From the NCBI RefSeq assembly GCF_018350175.1, contig NC_058368.1, positions 7,378,001-7,442,000 on the forward strand: a DNA stretch of 64,000 bases, in the 5' to 3' direction. Below are positions 35,620 through 47,460 of the stretch, in pieces. The first letter of the stretch is position 1; each line of letters starts with the position of its first letter. The notes under the pieces were generated by a model. That model was not told where the DNA came from. It ran no database searches and saw nothing but the letters and a program-made list of their open reading frames with translations. Both the position numbers and the translations under genes were made by a program. The DNA is from Felis catus (Eukaryota).

Positions 35620-36477
35620 TGGAAGTTTGTATCCTTCCAGAAACCGGACAATATTTAATCTGTCAAATTTATGGTCATAATGTTATTATATTCCCTTATT
35701 ATCTTTTCTAATATTTGTGGACTCTAGTGATGTCAACTATCTCATTTTTTACATTGGTAATTTGTGTGTTTTCTTTTTTTCTTGATCAATCTGGCAGAAG
35801 TTTATAAATTTTATTGACTTCTTCCCCAGCAAATAAAACAAATAAAACAAAATAAAATTGATTTTCTCTCCCCACCAAATAAAACAAAAACTAACTTACG
35901 GTTTACTTAATTTTCTCTATTGTTATTATATTTTCTGTTTCATTAATTTCCATTCTGATCTTTATTATCTCCTTTCTTCTGCTTATTTTAAATTTAATTT
36001 GTTCATTTTTTTTTCTCATTTCCTAAGGTAAAAAACTGATGTCATTGATTTGAGACTTTTCCTTTTTCTAATATATGTATTTCATGTTGTAAATTTCCCC
36101 AAGCACTGCTTTAGCAATTATCTCACAAATTCATTCATGTTGCATTTTCATTTTTATTCAGTTCAAAATGCATTCTTATTTATCTGACTCATGTTTTTTG
36201 GAAGTATATTATTTATTTTACAAGTATTGGGGAATTCTCCTGATATCTTCCTATTATTGATTTCTAACTTAATTCCGTTGAAGCTCAAGAACATGCTTTG
36301 TTTCACTTGAACACTTTAAATTTTTTGAGATTTGTTTAATGCCTCAGAATATGATCTGTCTTGATCATTGTTTTATACGTACTTTAAAAGACTCTTTAAT
36401 CTGTCTTTGTTTGGTGAGTGTTCTATAAGTGTCAATTAGGTCTAACCGGTTGATAGTGGTGGTCAAGCCTTCTATTT

Positions 36478-36594
36478 TCTTTTTTAAAAATATGTTTATT
36501 TATTTAAGTAATCACTACACCCAATGCGGGGCTTGAATTTAAAACCCCAAGATCAAGAGCCACACACTCTATCAACTGAGTCTGCCAGGTGCCC
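36478..36594 (-). mobile_element. Short old CanSINE
   Basis: AAGTAATCACTACACCCAATGCGGGGCTTGAA..CCAGGTGCCC. Confidence 0.88.
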
Positions 36595-36711
36595 TAAGCC
36601 TGCAATATTTTTACTGATGTGTCTATTTGTTCTATGAGTTATCAACACAAACATAATTGTAGATTTTTCTATTTCTCTTACATTCTATCATTTGTTACTC
36701 CATGTATTTTC

Positions 36712-36878
36712 TTTGTTTTTTCAATGTTTATTTACTTTTTGAGAGACAAAGAGAGACAAAGCGTGAGTGGGGGAGGAGCAGGGAGAGACGGAGCCAGATG
36801 CCAGGCTCAAACTCACGAACCAGATCATGACCTGAGCTGAAATCGGATGCTTAACCAACTGAGCCACCCAGGTGCCCC
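36712..36878 (-). mobile_element. CanSINE
   Basis: TSD CTCCATGTATTTTC. Confidence 0.93.
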
Positions 36879-37846
36879 TGCTCCATGTATTTTCGAAGTC
36901 TGCTATCAGGTGCACACATTTTTAGGTTTGTTACATCCTACTGATGAACAAGCTCATTACATAGTCACTCTGTTTACCCTAGTAATATTCTTTATTCTGA
37001 AATATACTTTGATATTAACATCGCTACTCCAGCACTGTTTTGATGGGTGTTAGCATGGTATTTCCTCATTATTTTACTTTTAATCTAGTTAGATTATTAT
37101 ATCTAAAATGGGCTTTTTGTATGTCACATATGAGCCTTGCCTTTTTATCTAATTTGATAATCTCTGCCTTTTATTTGGGGCATTAGGCCATTTACATTTA
37201 ACTGTATTGACATGTATTACATTTGTATTGACCTCATTTTGCTATTCTTTGTTTTTTAGTCCCCCCCCCCACCCGTTTTTCTCTTTCCATTTTTCTCCTT
37301 CTTATATATTAATTATATTTTAATGACTTCCTTTTACCTCTTTTGTTGGCTTATTAACTATAACTGCTGTGTTATTTTAATAATTATAGTACACATCTTT
37401 TAACTTTCTACTTTCAAGAAAGTAGTAACTTTCTACTTTCAAACCACGTTTCACTACTTCACATATGGTATGAGAACCTTACAAGAGTATTTCTCCCCTC
37501 TCAGCCTGGATGCAACTGTGTCACACATTTCGTTTCCACTTTTGTTACAAACCCTACAGCATGTTATTATTATTTCTGTTTAACATGGTAGAATATTTTA
37601 AAAAGAGATTTAAATAAGAAGAAAAAGCTTTTATTTATGTAGTTACCTTTTCTGGTATTTTTCATTGCTTCAGGTAGACTCATATTTCTATTGGGTATCA
37701 TATAAATACCAAAAGACTTCTTGGAACATTCTTACTGATAACGAATGTTTTGTCAGCTTTTGTATCTCTGGAAAGTCTTTATTTCACCTTTGTTTCCGAA
37801 AGATGTTTTCACTGTGTGTAGAATTGTAAATTAAAATGTTTTTCTT

Positions 37847-38101
37847 GGGCACCTGGCTGGTTCAGGTGGCAGAGCAAGTAACTCTTTTTTTTTTTTAATG
37901 TGTATTTATTTATTTTGAGAGAGGGAGGGAGAGAGAGAATCTCAAGCAGGTTCCATGCTCAGTGCAGAGTCCAACACAGGGCTCAGTCCCACAAACCTTG
38001 AGATCATGACCTGAGCCAAAATCAAGAGTTGCAATCCTTGATCTCAGGATTGTGAGTTGAATCCCACATTGGGTGTAGACATTACTTAAAAACAAAATCT
38101 T
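37847..38101 (+). mobile_element. Short old CanSINE split by an antisense SINE
   Basis: Head 37847-37884, remainder 38031-38101; TSD TAAAAT..TTTTCTT. Confidence 0.85.
37885..38030 (-). mobile_element. 5'-truncated CanSINE inside a SINE
   Basis: poly(T), (GA)n, ..GAGATCATGACCTGAGCCAAAATCAAGAGTT. Confidence 0.9.
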
Positions 38102-38129
38102 TAAAATAGTTTTCTTTCAATATATTTAA

Positions 38130-38195
38130 ATTTTTTTAATTTAATTTAATTTTAGAGAGAGTGCATGCACCATGTGCATGCAGGGGAGGGACCAA

Positions 38196-38251
<56 letters not shown>

Positions 38252-38375
38252 CGTAAGCAGGCTCCTTGCTCAGCATGGAATCCAATGTGGGGCTCAATCC
38301 CATGACCCTGGGATCCATGATCTGAGCCAAAATCAGGAGTCAGACATTCAACGGACTGAGCCACCCAGGCGCCCC
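38130..38375 (-). mobile_element. CanSINE with long (GA)n
   Basis: Ends GCCACCCAGGCGCCCC; TSD-like TTCTTT(C/T)AATAT. Confidence 0.93.
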
Positions 38376-40117
38376 TTTCTTTTAATATTTTAAATACACT
38401 GCTGTACCATCTTCTCATCTCCATTACTTTCTATGAGAAAATCTCTGTTATCCTTGTTTTATTTGTATGTAATGTGATTGCTTTCTCCGGTTACTTTTAA
38501 GATTTTCTCTTTGTCACTAGTTTGGGCCAATTTGAACATGAAGTGCCATGGTGTGGTTCGTTTCATGTTTCTTGTTCCTGCGCATCATCGAACTTTATGG
38601 ATGCACAGGTTAGTATATTTAACAAACTTGGGGGATTTTTGCCAATGTATATTCAGATATTTCTTCTGTGTCTCTCCTTCGGAAACTCTAATTACATGTA
38701 GATGAGGCCACTTAAACTTGTTCTTCAACTCATTGACGCTTTGTTCATTTTCTCTTCAAATTTTTATTTTTGGTTCCCTCGTAGGTAACTTCTATTGCCG
38801 TGTCCTCCAATGTAATAACCTTTCCTTCTAAACTAACTAATCTGCTATGAATCCTTTCAGGGTATTTTTTCATTTCAGGCATTGAAGTGTTCATCTCTAG
38901 CATTCTGACTTGGATATTTTTTATATCTTATATGTCTCTACTTAACTTTTTGAGTCATGGGATACAAATTACGATGATTGTTTTAATATTCTTTTCTGCG
39001 AATTTTAATGTTCGTGTCCATTCTGGGTGAGTTTTGATTAATTGATTTTCCTCCTCATTATTGGCCATATTTTTCTGCTTCTATGTGTGTCTGATAATCT
39101 CTGACCAGATGCCAGACATTGTAAATTTTTCCTTGTTGTACGCTGGGTATGTGTGTACTACTGTAAGTATTTTTGAGCATTGTTTGGGGATGCAGTTACT
39201 TGTCAACAGTTTGGTCCTTTTGAGTCTTACTTTTAAGATCAGTTAGGCAGGGCCATAGCCATGCTTAATCAAAAGGTAGGTATTCTCTACTGCTGGGCAA
39301 GACCCTTCAGAATACTGCACCCAACACCCAGAGAACTTGGGGTCTTTCAGCACTGCTGGTGGGAGCAAGTACTATTCCCAGCTTTCTGTGGGCCTGAAAA
39401 ATATAGTACAATGAGATTAGTGCCATTCCCTCTCATCCTTTTGTATAGTTCTTTCCCCAACTCACATAGTTTCCTTACATGCATATGTTGATCAATATTC
39501 TCCTGAATACTCAAGGCGATCTGCTGAAGAATTTTGGGTCTTTTCTCTGTGAACTGCAACTTTCATTTCCCCAGACTTTCCACTCTGTCTGCTCAACTCA
39601 GAAGTCCCTAGGGTTCTGCCTGGGTTCCCTTTCCCTGGGCTGTGACCTCAATACCCTCTCATGGTAGTAATCTGGGGCAGTCATAGGCTCACCTCATTGT
39701 TTTATAGATTTTTTTCTGTCTCTTGAGAATCACTGTTCTTTATTGTCCAATGTCCAGTATCTTGAAAATCACTGCTTCAAACATTTTATCTTTTAATTTG
39801 GGTCAGTTGGGGCAGGAGAGTTGTTTCAGGCGAAAGGGCAGATCTGGTTCTATTCCTACCTCTTGGCTGGAAGCAGAAGTCCCCAAGTCTATATTTATGC
39901 TAAAAAGAATCCCAACAAGTAAGAGATGCACAACAATGCAAGGGTTTTTTTTTTTTTTTTTGATAGCCATTGTAGCAGTCTTTTACCAATTACAAGTCTA
40001 TTCAGATTTTAAACTTTGCATAAAGTCAAAACTTGAGTTTATTTGTGTGCTATCTATTGAAAAAGGATTAACTAGAATACGGTAATTCACACAAGAATTT
40101 ATAAATATCAGTGTTGG

Positions 40118-40640
40118 TTCATTTACGTTTTTCATCCATTTATTTAACAAATATTTAAACATTTATTGGGTAACTATTGTGTGCCAGGTGCTGTGTAAGT
40201 CAAAGGAGATAAGAAGATAAAATAGGCATGCTCAGGGAAGTCACTGCTATTCAGGGAGACAGCTCTGATAAAGAAATATAATACAGTGAGATTGGTGCTG
40301 TGGTGGGTAGGTCAAAAGTGTTTTTGAAGTGCATAGAAAGGGGTACATAACCCAGACTCCGTGTGTGTGTGTGTGTGTGCGCGCGCGCGCATGTTGGGCA
40401 TGGAAAGAAAGGAACTGGTCCTAAAGGCTACTTGGAACAAAGGATAACTGAACTGAGAGGCCAGAACTAATAGTTTATGATCATGAGAATGATGACGCCC
40501 AAGCCAGAGTTAGGGAAATGTATGAAAATCAGGTGACAAGAAAGAATACATAGGTGTCCTGGAGACTACAAGCAGATCAGTTTAGTTGAACACAGGGCCA
40601 GGGGGCTGGGGTGATGGTGTTGAGATATGAGGAACATCAT
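40118..40640 (-). mobile_element. L2
   Basis: CATTTATTTAACAAATATTT..TGTGCCAGGTGCTGTG..AACCCAGAC. Confidence 0.7.
40360..40394. repeat. (TG)n(CG)n alternating purine-pyrimidine tract
   Basis: Seen directly. Confidence 0.95.
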
Positions 40641-41349
40641 AGCATTTGCAGGGGAGGAAGCCTCATGGTGCTTCCTCAGAGAGCAAAAATGGGCTGTGAG
40701 AGAGCTCTCGGGTTCATGTTCTATAACCTCAGTGTGTCAAGTCAGGGAATATTTTTTTTTTAATAAAACAGAAACCGCTCAGGCTGTGTCCTCTCCCTCT
40801 GACTCCCCCACAGGAGGAGAAGAAGAATCATCAACGGCACAAGGTAACTGCAGAAACAACACCTAGAGGCAGCTTCACGCTCAGGACAGAACCTGCCCAT
40901 TTGGAAGGGCATCAGGTCAAGGACCATACGAAGGAAAACGAGGTTTTCAACCAGTTTTCAACCGGTCAAGGCAGACATGGCATCCAGAAGATGAGAGAAA
41001 CCCTTCTTTGTGTTCTTCCTTCAGTCCATATAGAATTTCTCTCAGCTGGACGTTTGGCAGTCCCTCCTTCCTTTGGACCCTCAATCTCTGATCTCCTTCG
41101 CACAACCTCCCCTGGATCCTTTCCACTTCTCTACCCATCCCAATGCTGCCAACTCAGAATTGGTCTTGTCTCCATTCTAGATCTGCTAAAATCGACCACT
41201 TCTCAAAACAAAACTTTGATACGGTACACTGAAATGACTATGACCTTAACAGTAAGGACAGAAAGGGGGAAAGGAGGTGAAAAGAACGCTACAACTCCAT
41301 CCTTCCAACAGAGGGGATTTGTACTGTCTACACTCTACATTTCTGTCTT

Positions 41350-41568
41350 CTTTTTTTTTTTAATATTTTAATGTTTATTTATTCTTGAGAGAGACAGACA
41401 GAATGTGAGGAGGGGAGGGGCAGAGAGAGAGGGAGACAGAATCGGAAGCAGGCTCCAGGCTCTGAGCTGTCAGCACAAATCCTGACGCAGGGCTTGAACT
41501 CACGAGCCATGAGATCATGACCTGAACCGAAGTCAGACGCTTAACTGACTGAGCCACCCAGGCGCCCC
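41350..41568 (-). mobile_element. CanSINE
   Basis: TSD CATTTCTGTCTT. Confidence 0.95.
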
Positions 41569-42007
41569 CATTTCTGTCTTTTTTTAATAATTTTTTTTTT
41601 ATAAAATATCTCAGTGCGAATCAAAGTAAAGATTACCTGCAACAAATGGTTAAAGTTTTCAACACCTACAGGATTCATATCTATAATAAGTAAAGGAAAA
41701 AAATAATTCTCAGTGAGCACACAAAAATATTCATTCACTCTAGTAATCAAAGAAATCCAAAATCTATATAAATATCAGTACAGACAGAGGGAGAGAGTTA
41801 ACTAGCCACATGCACAAAGCTGGTGGGAAGGTATGTTGCCACAGGTGAATGCAGAAAGGAATGGAAGAATACAAATAACATTTTTAACATGGTTTCCTCT
41901 GAGACTAAAATCAGGGAATGGGGGTGGCAGTCAAAGTTAACTGTAACTTTCTCTGTATTAACTTCCCTATTAATATGCATTTATGAATCTATTATTAAAA
42001 CTATGAA

Positions 42008-42228
42008 GGAGCACCTGGGTGGCTCAGTGGGTTAAGCAGCCAGCTCTTGATTTGGGCTCAGGTCATGATCTCATGGTTCATGAGTTCGAGGCCGCATCAG
42101 GCTCTGTGCTGACAGCACAGAGCCTGCTTCGAATCCTCTGTCTCCCTCTTTCTGCCCCTCTCCTGCTCATGGTCACTCTCTTTCTCTCTCTCTTTCTTTC
42201 AAAAACAAACTTTAAAAATTGTTTAAAA
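42008..42228 (+). mobile_element. CanSINE
   Basis: Head, (CT)n, A-rich tail. Confidence 0.93.
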
Positions 42229-42304
42229 ACCCATTAAGTCAATTAAAGAAAATCAAAACATCAATACAGCATGATCCTATTTCTGTTTGACAATATTTTG
42301 AAGA

Positions 42305-42540
42305 GGGGGCGCCTGGGTGGCTCAGTCGGTTGAACGTCCGACCTCAGCTCAGGTCATGATCTCGCAGCTCGTGAGTTCGAGCCCCGCGTCGGGCTGTGTG
42401 CTGATGAACAGCTCAGAGCCTGGAGCCTGCTTCAGATTCTGTGCCTCCCTCTCTCTCTGCCCCAACCCACTCTCATTCTGTCTCTGTCTCTCTCAAAAAT
42501 AAATAAACGTTAAACAAAATTTTTAAATAAAAAAAAAGAA
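42305..42540 (+). mobile_element. CanSINE
   Basis: TSD AATATTTTGAAGA at 42292 and 42541. Confidence 0.96.
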
Positions 42541-42733
42541 AATATTTTGAAGAAAAAAAATGCATGAACAATGCATGTCTTTTAAAAAAACTCATATATT
42601 CTAATCTCTTAGCCACGGAATAATATTTTCTATTCCATTTATTACTTCCAGCAATTTACACAGATTTTTGAAGTCATCTCCCGTGTGAAGTACCAAGTAT
42701 ATATGTATTCTAGCATGTACCACTTTTTTTTTA

Positions 42734-42945
42734 ATTTTTTTTAATGTTTGTTTATTTTTGAGACAGAGAGAGACAGAGCATGAATGGGGAAGGGGCAGAG
42801 AGAGAGGGAGACACAGAATTGGAAGCAGGCTCCAGGCTCTGAGCCATCAGCCCAGAGCCTGACGCGGGGCTCGAACTCACGAACCGTGAGATCGTGACCC
42901 GAGCCGAAGTCGGACGCTCAACCGACTGAGCCACCCAGGCGCCCC
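42734..42945 (-). mobile_element. SINEC_Fc nested in the tail of the next SINE
   Basis: CCAC(T)nAA duplicated on both sides. Confidence 0.95.
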
Positions 42946-42949
42946 CCAC

Positions 42950-43079
42950 TTTTTTTTTTAAGTTGACTTCGCACTCAGCACAGAGCCCGAGGTGGGGCTT
43001 GAACTCATGACCCTCAGATCAAGACCTGAGCTGAGATCAAGAGTCAGATGCTTAACCAACTGAGCCACCCAGATGCCCC
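42950..43079 (-). mobile_element. Older short CanSINE (host)
   Basis: Outer TSD AGCATGTACCACT at 42712 and 43080. Confidence 0.92.
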
Positions 43080-43349
43080 AGCATGTACCACTGTCTATTG
43101 GAATAGCATCTTAAATATGCTCCTTAAGGCCAGAAGCAGTCGTTCTTACTCATCTTTGGATACCCAGGGCTTGGGACCATATCTGACACCCCGTAGGTGT
43201 CACACAATGCCTATTTTTGAAGGAAAAGAGCAAGAAGAGGGGAAATAGGGTAGAGAGGGAAGGAGTCCACGTCCTATCCTTCAGGCAACACTTCCTTGAA
43301 AGGGAACCGGGGGCAGAGGAGACAGCCAGGAAGCCTTAGTTCAATGGTG

Positions 43350-43490
43350 AAAAGTCTCCAGACCTCAATTTCCTCATCTGTGAAATGGGAAGAACCATGG
43401 TGACCGCGGGGTTGCTGTGAGGACTGCAGGAGCCCCCCCCACGGCGGACACTCAGTGGGCTCCACGGTTGCTGTCGCTGTAAGTGGTGAT
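43350..43490 (+). mobile_element. MIR
   Basis: CCTCAATTTCCTCATCTGTGAAATGGGA..GGGTTGCTGTGAGGA. Confidence 0.85.
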
Positions 43491-44731
43491 GACATAGGTC
43501 TTGAATGGAGTTGGATCTTGGTCTGGCAGTGAGATCAGGGAGAGAGTGATGGCTCCTTCCAGCCTCTTCTGCAAGGCCAGGTGTGGGAAACGTGGTCTCT
43601 TGAGCAACAACGAATGACTCTATTGACAAAGCCATTGAAAAAAACACTTAGGACTGGACCGTTTTAGGGGCCTTGCCCCAGAAGTAACTGGAAGCTGAAG
43701 CCATCTCTGTTGGCTGGACATTTCAGAGGGGTCACGATCCCGGCTTGATGGCGAGTTGGCGCTTAGTGATTTTTTCAAAACTATTTTCAGTCACACACTT
43801 GACTCTGCTGGGCCAGAGACGGGAGTCAGGGTGGGACAGATAAAACCCTGCCTGCGCCCTCCCTCAATGGCACCTGCCACCTTCTGGACAGCTGATGTCA
43901 AACCCAGGTTCCCTGAAATTCACAGTCTGAAACAGTGGAGGCAGGCTGCTTTCCAACCAGGAGCCATCTCCCAAACTCTGCTCACTGTGCAACACGGAGG
44001 GGGCGAGGCCAGCAAGCTCTGATGTCACAGACGGACCTACACCATGACATGGACAGACAAAGCAGGCCTTGGGTACCAAGCTCTCTAGATCACAGCCATT
44101 TCTCTGAGCTTGCGGCTCCTCACAGAGGAAGTCTAACCAGGCAGAGGAGGCTGGCCGGACAGAGGGCTAGGATGGCCAGAGGGTCTTTTCCTTCATCTCG
44201 CAGGCCCTGCAAATCCCAAAGTTGCACCTGTCTCTGGCCTCGCTGGTTCTCGGGCTGAAGGCCATTTGAAGATGTGGTGGGGACTTGGGTCATGTGGAAG
44301 CAAGACGGACCCCCAGGCTGGAGGTGAGGGTACAGCACTGGGTAGAGCGAACCCCAAGGAAAGCAGCAGCTATTTATTTCATCTTGGGCATTCTGGGCAG
44401 ATTCCATGCACGTCAGAGGAGATGAAGCCTCATCAAGACACGAAACGGCTGTTTCACAGACGCTCCGAAGCCTGTCTGTACAACACTAAGAGAACATATG
44501 CCGCTATCCTTTTAGCCACAAGAAAAAAAAAAATAACGTGGGCTACCTTTGTTGCCTTGTCTGTGAGGGTACCAATTCAGATGCTGCATTGGAAAAGTGA
44601 GTTAAGGCACATGCCCTCTATGGACACTCATACCCATGCGAAGGTGGGGGGGGGGGGGTTGGTGCAAAAGAGAGCACTGTCCCTGGATGGGTGTGGGTTC
44701 CTGACCAGAAGCACTTTAAACAAGCCATCAT

Positions 44732-44953
44732 GGGGGCGCCTGGGTGGCTCAGTTGGTTAAGCATCAGACTCCTGGCTTTGGCTCAGGTCATGATCTCCGG
44801 GTTCTTGAGATGGAACCACGCATTGGGCTCTGTGCTGACAGCATGGAGCCTGCTTGGGATTCTCTCTCTCTCCCTCTCTCTCTGCCCCTCCCCCACGGTC
44901 ACTCGTGCCCTCCCTCTCTCTCTCTCTCATAATAAATAAATGAACTTCAAAAA
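44732..44953 (+). mobile_element. CanSINE
   Basis: TSD core GCCATCA. Confidence 0.95.
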
Positions 44954-44967
44954 TGCCATCACAATTC

Positions 44968-45180
44968 TATTTTTTTTAATGTCTGTTTATTTTTGAGAGA
45001 GTGGAAGACAGACCACGAGTGGGAAAGGGGCAGAGAGAGAGGGAGACACAGAATCCGAAACGTGCTCCAGGCTCCGAGCTATCAGCACAGGGCCCGACGT
45101 GGGGCTTGAACGCACGAACCATGAGATCATGACCTGAGCCTAAGTCAGATGCTTAACCGGCTGAGCCACCCAGGCGCCCC
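44968..45180 (-). mobile_element. CanSINE, tail-to-tail with previous
   Basis: TSD TGCC(A/G)TCAC(A/G)ATT at 44954 and 45181. Confidence 0.95.
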
Positions 45181-45354
45181 TGCCGTCACGATTTTAAGTT
45201 GCCTTCTGGTTGTGTAGCATAAAGCTTTATGCTGTGGGCATGTGGGCATGTGGCCAGGGACCAGGAGATAGGCACTCTCCTCTCGGTGGCTGCGTGTGTG
45301 GGCTCAGGTGGCCCACGTGGCTGGGCCCTGAGCTCTGCGGTCCTACACAGCACA

Positions 45355-45640
45355 CTTACGATTGTCGAACATTTGCTCCATGTCACTCACTGCCTAAGAA
45401 CTTTACAAGGAGCACCTCATTTTGTCAGTCAACGAAGACTGCTTGAGAGTCTTGCCAGGAACCGGCACTCAACCCTCATGATGAACAGGTGAGGTGAAAA
45501 TTGAACACTCCCAGTTTACCCTTGATGGAACCAAGGAGGTGTAGAGGTTAACTAATTTGCACAGTGTCCCACAGCCAGCAGGTGGCAGAGCTGGGATTCA
45601 AACAACTTCTCTGTCTACAGCTAGCGCTTGTAACCACTTA
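45355..45640 (-). mobile_element. MIR
   Basis: GAGGTTAACTAATTTGC..CACAGCCAGCAGGTGGCAGAGCTGGGATTCAA. Confidence 0.75.
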
Positions 45641-47284
45641 CCCTCGCACAGGATCTTTGACCCAGTGCGGATAAAAGTGACAAGTGGTTGTTCACGGTCT
45701 GGGAAAGGTTCCATAGGCCCGTCCCAAAAGCCAGCTGCTAGGGGTGAGCCTAGGGCACGGAGGAGAAATCACCAGGAGATACTGATCTCACTTTCACAGG
45801 GCAGTCTTCCAAAACGAATCAGAGAACATAGACTGGGACCATGAGATTGACATTGGTTCTCCCTACATTTGCCGACATCACCCTCTCTCCAAACCTTTCC
45901 TACCAGCCTTGGTGCCATGCTTCGGAGGGTATCAGACCCTTGCAGGCCACAAGCCCACCTACAGGCAGGGTCCACCTCTCCCAGCCCCTGAACCAACCCA
46001 ACCCGGTGCCCAGGAACACGGGGCATCTGGCATTGGCTTTGTGGCTCTCTCTGTAACTGGTGAGACCTGGGGGCAGATAGAAAAGCCAAGACGCTGTTGT
46101 CTGCCTTCTCCAGCCTGTTCAGGCTTCAGGACTACGTCTCTGCCTTGCTTTCCTGACTGAGCCATGAGCCTCTGCTGTACTGGAGACCTGACCCATCTGT
46201 TTACCTGACCACCATCTCGTCGGGAGCTAAGGCCTGAGTCCAGGGTCCCCAGCGGCTGGTAGGCATCTGACTCCACGTCTGATGGACCTCCTGGAATCAT
46301 TGCACTCCACCCCCACCCCCCGGCTAGTCTCCACCTGCCTCTCTTTCCAAAGCACTTGGAAATCTGGAATAAGACTGCTCTGTAGAAGTAAACTGTGCAA
46401 TCAACACAAAGTGGAGGCAGAGACCTGGAAACTCCGTGGATCCCAGACCAGCAGGATCCCATTCTAAGCTGACTGGATGGGAACCTTAGCTAAAAAAAGA
46501 AAATGCCAATGAAAAGACAGATGGGTTGATCACGGAAGGTCAGAAAAAGAAAAGTCCCTAGACCAATGGTGGGAGTGCCCAGCCAGTCTTTGGAAATAGG
46601 GCAGTTTGACCAAGAACTTGACTCTGTCTCATTCCCCGGCTGGATTATTTTCCAGGGAAAAGAGTGTATCTGTCCTAATACTATTATTCAATTCAGCTAA
46701 GCAATTGCCTTTGTTCCAATTTCAAGCTCACTAAATAACCTTCGGATATCAATACCGATAATTCTGACGAGTCTGCTTTTTGCATAGCTCATCTACTATG
46801 AAACTCTGTGTTGATCTGGTCAGCGGGACCTCTATGTTTTCACCGTAAACCAGTAAGTGAGTATTCTACCCTCTTGCATTAGCCTGCTGGGAGCTTTGGG
46901 AACGTGGATCAGAACTCCCAAGTGTCATTAACTCTGAAGGAAAATAAGTCCTGCAAGGTCATTAGTAGGCTTGCCCTGGAGCCCTTTGGAAACCACTGGC
47001 AATAGGATGAAGTCCAAGTTCTCCAGATTCCTTGGCCATAGGGACTTGGATTTCCCTGGGGTCTCAAGAGGCTTGAGCGTGATGCATGGGCCATCAACCA
47101 GGGCCAACTGTGTCAGCACAACCCAGATGCAGTGCTCTGGGCACTGGTGCACTCGTGGGGAGCCCCTAGCAGGGCCCAGCCCTCATAATCATCTCAGGCT
47201 TCCTCCTCAGGGGTCCTGCAGTGCGTTTGGAACAGTCCCTTATGGAACAGATTATAATAGTACCATACACTGGCCCAGAGATCG

Positions 47285-47460
47285 TTTGCTGAGCATCTTC
47301 CACATCCTTTCATTTGTGTTGTGCACGCCTTTCATGCAGAAAAGCAAGTATTTTTAGCTTTGCTTTGCAGTTCAGAACACTTGGGCTTAGGGAAGGTAAA
47401 TGACTTGCCCAAGGTCACACTGTTCATAATGCTGCAAACTGCACCTGACCCACACCCAAA
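47285..47460 (-). mobile_element. MIR fragment
   Basis: GGTAAATGACTTGCCCAAGGTCACAC. Confidence 0.7.

Larger units (their letters stand above)
32401..39884 (-). mobile_element. Ancient L1 (L1MC/MD-like) with both termini, internally deleted and multiply interrupted
   Basis: 3'UTR at 32401; ORF2 motif KKTSGPDGFTG on minus strand at ~35266-35304; ORF1-like region ~37.7-39 kb; 5' terminus CTTGGCTGGAAGCAGAAGTCC. Confidence 0.85.

Noticed and set aside
45216..45233. Perfect 18-bp palindrome AGCATAAAGCTTTATGCT
   Set aside because: Roughly 0.25 expected by chance in 64 kb (64000/4^9); no supporting context.
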